In this document: positions 60,435-64,000 of the stretch, piece after piece
How positions within the stretch are numbered: the first letter of the stretch is position 1
Layout of the letters: every line of letters starts with the position of its first letter
DNA from: Nitrosopumilus sp.
Lineage (GTDB): Archaea; Thermoproteota; Nitrososphaeria; Nitrososphaerales; Nitrosopumilaceae
NCBI GenBank assembly: GCA_965205425.1
Contig: CBDBGZ010000009.1
Span: 384,001-448,000, forward strand
Length of the DNA: 64,000 bases
Direction of reading: 5' to 3'
Notes under the pieces: model-generated
The model's database searches: none
The model's input: only the letters and a program-made list of their open reading frames with translations
What the model was told of the DNA's origin: nothing
Program-made: the position numbers and the translations under genes

Positions 60435-60602
60435 TTAATATCTCTCCTCAAACAAAACCCAAGATAGACCCATCAAATCCTCAACAGAGAATGTAATGGT
60501 TTTTGTTTGTTGCAAGTGTTTTGACACTGCTTTTACAGGGTTGCTTGCAACCTGAGTTTCAGAAGGCGAGTGTTGCCAGTTGTGCATGATTTGCTGCTTC
60601 AT
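60435..60602 (-). CDS. Small ORF (55 aa), first of coupled chain
   Basis: MKQQIMHNWQHSPSETQVASNPVKAVSKHLQQTKTITFSVEDLMGLSWVLFEERY; TATA-like box ~25 bp upstream. Confidence 0.4.
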   Translation of the reverse strand: MKQQIMHNWQHSPSETQVASNPVKAVSKHLQQTKTITFSVEDLMGLSWVLFEERY

Positions 60603-60651
60603 GTAGAAACTGAGCCTGAGTTATATATAACAAGAGATACCGTACAGCGGT

Positions 60652-61509
60652 ATGCCTTTTGAAGATGATGTGACCTATGGAAACTTACAAAATTACAAAT
60701 TATATCTTCGTCCCAACGCACATACTCACTATGGATCACCTAATGGGGAAAAATCATCATTAAGTAAACATCAACAAAATGTTCAGAATCTATTAAAAAT
60801 AATGAGTAAAAATGAATCAATGACCACGTGGGATTTAGCAAAAATATCCATACCAAATGACATCACCAAGCTGCGCGAACGTGAAAAAGTTTATCGAAGG
60901 TTGTTGATAGGTAGAAAAGATAAAGGAATACATTCAAACGGAATTTTAGATTTAGGACTTGTTGTAAAAGATGGGAAGAGTCTCAAGACAGGGATAGCTG
61001 ACAAGTATAGGCTGTCATTGTATGGTATTTTGTATTGTATTGATGTGTTAAATCTGAATGGAAATGAAATTGACAAAATTGCAGAAAAATATTCTAAAAC
61101 ATTACCAAAAGTTTTTGGGAAATGGGAATATATTAAATCAAAGATAGGAGATAAAATATATGGAATCAAATTATTGTCAAACGGATTACTTGCAGATAAT
61201 CCTCAAATCCAAGTTCATCAAGGAATTCCATTTTATGAATTAATGTCATATGTGCACATAAAATACCAAAGAAACTTTGAACATATTTCAGAAGAAAAAC
61301 TTGCAGAACAAATATCTTATTGGTTTTATATCAATTTGTTATATCAACCAATTAAAAAAAATAACATGACAGATGTTGGAATTAGTGGTTTGAATCATAT
61401 ATTTGAAGAGGATACGGAATTAAAAAAATGGTTTCAAGATTTTTTTAAGGAATCAAAAAAATACTACTATGAAAGATACAATATCTTAAAAAAGTCAGAG
61501 ATTAAATAA
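60652..61509 (+). CDS. Putative winged-helix regulator
   Basis: MTTWDLAK, LDLGLV...KYRLSLYG wing-like segment. Confidence 0.6.
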   Translation: MPFEDDVTYGNLQNYKLYLRPNAHTHYGSPNGEKSSLSKHQQNVQNLLKIMSKNESMTTWDLAKISIPNDITKLREREKVYRRLLIGRKDKGIHSNGILDLGLVVKDGKSLKTGIADKYRLSLYGILYCIDVLNLNGNEIDKIAEKYSKTLPKVFGKWEYIKSKIGDKIYGIKLLSNGLLADNPQIQVHQGIPFYELMSYVHIKYQRNFEHISEEKLAEQISYWFYINLLYQPIKKNNMTDVGISGLNHIFEEDTELKKWFQDFFKESKKYYYERYNILKKSEIK

Positions 61510-61514
61510 TATTA

Positions 61515-61880
61515 TTAATTTTTGGAAGTAATAATATTGTTCAATTCATTAAGATCAAAAGGTTTTGTAAGTAATCCAAATAATCCAGAAGCCTCTGCTT
61601 TTTCAAATTCTTCATTATTGATGGTATAAGAGGATGTAAAGACTATTTTTGCATCTGGATTATCTTTTTTTATTTTAAAAAATGCATCATATCCATTCAT
61701 TACAGGCATTTTCAAATCCATTAAAACAATATCTGGACTAGATTCTTTGTATTTTTTGATGGCTTCTTTCCCATTTTTAGCCGTAATTACCTCATAATTT
61801 TCATATTTTAACATGTATTCTGTTGCTTCTAAAAATTGAGTATCATCATCAACCAACAAAATTCTAGGGTTTAACGACAT
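61515..61880 (-). CDS. Response regulator receiver (CheY-like)
   Basis: LLVDDD, MDLKMPVMNG, KPF. Confidence 0.93.
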   Translation of the reverse strand: MSLNPRILLVDDDTQFLEATEYMLKYENYEVITAKNGKEAIKKYKESSPDIVLMDLKMPVMNGYDAFFKIKKDNPDAKIVFTSSYTINNEEFEKAEASGLFGLLTKPFDLNELNNIITSKN

Positions 61881-61923
61881 CAATATCTCCTAAATTGGTA
61901 AGCATTAGCCATTATTAGAATAC

Positions 61924-63570
61924 TCATTTAGGCAACCTGATTGAAAATACAACAGGATTTGTAGCCGCATTAATGGTTCCTTTGTGCTGCTCTACAATAT
62001 TTTTACAGCTAGAAAGACCAAGTCCAGTACCTTCAAGTTTCGTTGTAAATAATGTATCAAAAACATGTTTCAAATCTTTTGTAGATATGTTAGGGCCAGA
62101 ATTTTCAAATTCAATTTTGACGTTAGATGAAGTTTCAAGTAGACGGATTGTAACATGTCCTTCGTTTTTTCCAATGGACTGGATTGCATTCAAAAGGATA
62201 TTTACAAATACAATCAACATCTTCTCATGATCAAATTTTATTATTATATCAGTATCAGGAGTATTGATTTTGATATTTGATAATATGTCTAATGTATCTA
62301 CTGCTTGCTGAATAGTCTGATTAATCGAATGTGGTTTTAGGATTATCGGGGTTGTTCGTACATAATTTAACACTTCTTCAATCTGATGTGAGATACGTCG
62401 TACCGACAAATTAATACGATTTATTTCTCTTGAAATAATTTCATTTTTGTCTTTGTTTTCTTTTTCAATTATGACTCCTGCATTTTTAATTGTGCCTAGA
62501 GGATTACGTATGTCATGAGCAATATTAGAAGAGAGTTGTCCGATTACAGTGAGTTTTTCTTTTTTGAAGGTCTGTGTACGTTTTAGTAAAAACACCAATA
62601 GAACAACAATTGTAGACATTAGCAGAAAGACGGTTTGAATCTTGGTAAAAAAGATGATCTCGTCAATTTCTTGATTTATTGATTGAGTTGGAGTAACTAC
62701 TGCAAATAAAAATTCATTTTTACCATTAACAGTTATAGGAATTGCAGAATTAATTCTCTCACCGATATTATCATCCAAAGTAAAAATTACAGTAGACAAA
62801 TTACCGTCTAAAACATGTAAGATGTGTGTATTTAGAAATGTATTACGTTCAATATCTTGTTGGATTTCATCCTCAAAAAAATTCTTTCCTACATTTTCCA
62901 CATTTGGATGAATAAGCAACACATTATTTTCATCCATAACTATTAAAAATTGAGATTCTACATCGTAAATATTCCCATGTCTCTTAAAGAATTCACTTGA
63001 AGGAAATGTAACAAGTAAAAGACCTTCAGGGATGTTTGTTTGTTTATTGATTATTGGGAACGTTATTGCAATTTCAGGCTCATCAAACAGAGCGGTGTTA
63101 ATTGAGAGTATTTTTGATTTAGATTCTATTCCAATTTTTTCAGAAATAAGCAGTTCAGATAATCCTTTGACAGTAGCTCCAACAAAAGAATTATTCTTTT
63201 TACTAGCTTGTGAAAGGATTTTGAAATTCTTATCAAGGGCAAAAATTTGTGCAGTTGGTGAGATTAAATTTAAACGATCAAACGTTTGTTCTATTAAGAG
63301 ATTTGATTCCTTTGTACCAAGATCAGTTTGTAATTCATCAAATTCTGCAAGAAGAGTTAATTCAAATACAATTAATTCTAACTCAGAGTTTATGTTCTTA
63401 GAAATGGATTTTGTGATAATCTCTTGAATTTCAATTTGATTTTTAATAATAGTATTTTTAATATTTTCTTCTTCAATACTATAAATTTCAATTGTAATAA
63501 CCATCAACAAAATAATTATTGCAAACGTTATTGCATACCATGCTGATTTTTTCTTGTTTTGAGATAACAA
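61924..63570 (-). CDS. Membrane sensor histidine kinase with Cache-like extracellular domain
   Basis: Two TMs, AHDIRNPL, NILLNAIQ, FTTKLEGTGLGL. Confidence 0.93.
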   Translation of the reverse strand: MLSQNKKKSAWYAITFAIIILLMVITIEIYSIEEENIKNTIIKNQIEIQEIITKSISKNINSELELIVFELTLLAEFDELQTDLGTKESNLLIEQTFDRLNLISPTAQIFALDKNFKILSQASKKNNSFVGATVKGLSELLISEKIGIESKSKILSINTALFDEPEIAITFPIINKQTNIPEGLLLVTFPSSEFFKRHGNIYDVESQFLIVMDENNVLLIHPNVENVGKNFFEDEIQQDIERNTFLNTHILHVLDGNLSTVIFTLDDNIGERINSAIPITVNGKNEFLFAVVTPTQSINQEIDEIIFFTKIQTVFLLMSTIVVLLVFLLKRTQTFKKEKLTVIGQLSSNIAHDIRNPLGTIKNAGVIIEKENKDKNEIISREINRINLSVRRISHQIEEVLNYVRTTPIILKPHSINQTIQQAVDTLDILSNIKINTPDTDIIIKFDHEKMLIVFVNILLNAIQSIGKNEGHVTIRLLETSSNVKIEFENSGPNISTKDLKHVFDTLFTTKLEGTGLGLSSCKNIVEQHKGTINAATNPVVFSIRLPK

Positions 63571-63714
63571 TTAGAATCAAATCATTATGTCAAGATGGGA
63601 TTCATAAAGGATTCTACTATAGAGTTCAATTTCATATTTTTAGTATTGAAAATGGGCCCGAAGGGCATCAAAGTATCTTGTACATTATCAAAGTCCCATA
63701 CATATCCTCAAAAA

Positions 63715-63999
63715 TCATTTAATTTGAAGAGTTTGATTCAATGTAACTTTTTGGACATGATTGTGTAAGGTATCAAAATAATCTTCATGCTCAGTATGAA
63801 TTGGAATCAATGTTTCAGGATTAGATTCATCAATTACTTTTTTAATTTGATCACCTGATCCATGACCTGATACATGAATTGTGTTCCAATTACCACTTTT
63901 TGATATTAAACCAAAATGAATTAACCATCTTTTAATCCGTTCTTGATCAATCTTCATTTCATCGTTAAACGGTTCTGTGGATGAACGAATATAACTTGA
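63715..63999 (-). CDS. Beta-CASP/RNase J-like MBL nuclease, C-terminal part (5' end outside window)
   Basis: SSTEPF, IHVSGHG, LIPIHTEH. Confidence 0.8.
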   Translation of the reverse strand, partial: SSYIRSSTEPFNDEMKIDQERIKRWLIHFGLISKSGNWNTIHVSGHGSGDQIKKVIDESNPETLIPIHTEHEDYFDTLHNHVQKVTLNQTLQIK

Positions 64000-64000
64000 T

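Noticed and set aside
460..63722. Many short antisense or alternate-frame ORFs in the track (e.g. 460-717, 8038-8502, 18297-18674, 63032-63427)
   Set aside because: Shadows of well-supported genes, with no motifs.

Overview
AT-rich chromosomal segment of a Nitrosopumilus-like ammonia-oxidising archaeon (Nitrososphaerota). The lineage call rests on S-layer and CFI-box-CTERM proteins, a transketolase-Rpe fusion, and the rpoN-eno-rps2-mvk-ipk-idi-GGPP synthase-gltX operon. Positions 1-41.9 kb and 56.6-64 kb are mostly housekeeping genes, with tRNA-Leu(GAG), tRNA-His(GTG), an unlinked 5S rRNA, one IS1595 copy, and several small ORFs missed by the ORF track. A ~14.6 kb accessory island (41911-56562) lies between the divergent rimI-like acetyltransferase and site-2 protease genes. 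It is bounded by an 11-bp direct repeat and imperfect subterminal inverted repeats. It carries six IS copies or fragments from five groups (IS5-like, IS630 x2, IS66, IS481, ISH3), a truncated AT-rich tRNA-Leu(CAG), and a Panacea-antitoxin/PIN-toxin pair whose toxin has no canonical start codon. It also holds a co-oriented run of secreted-protein genes: an MBL hydrolase, two helical proteins and a DUF4377-serpin. Most boundaries between these genes carry a fixed-spacing motif, TG(C/G)(G/A)(T/A)C-N9-CCCCAA, shaped like a tyrosine-recombinase core site. This cassette-like array and the Panacea-PIN module are the best candidates for an undescribed system. All family calls are by eye, without database searches.
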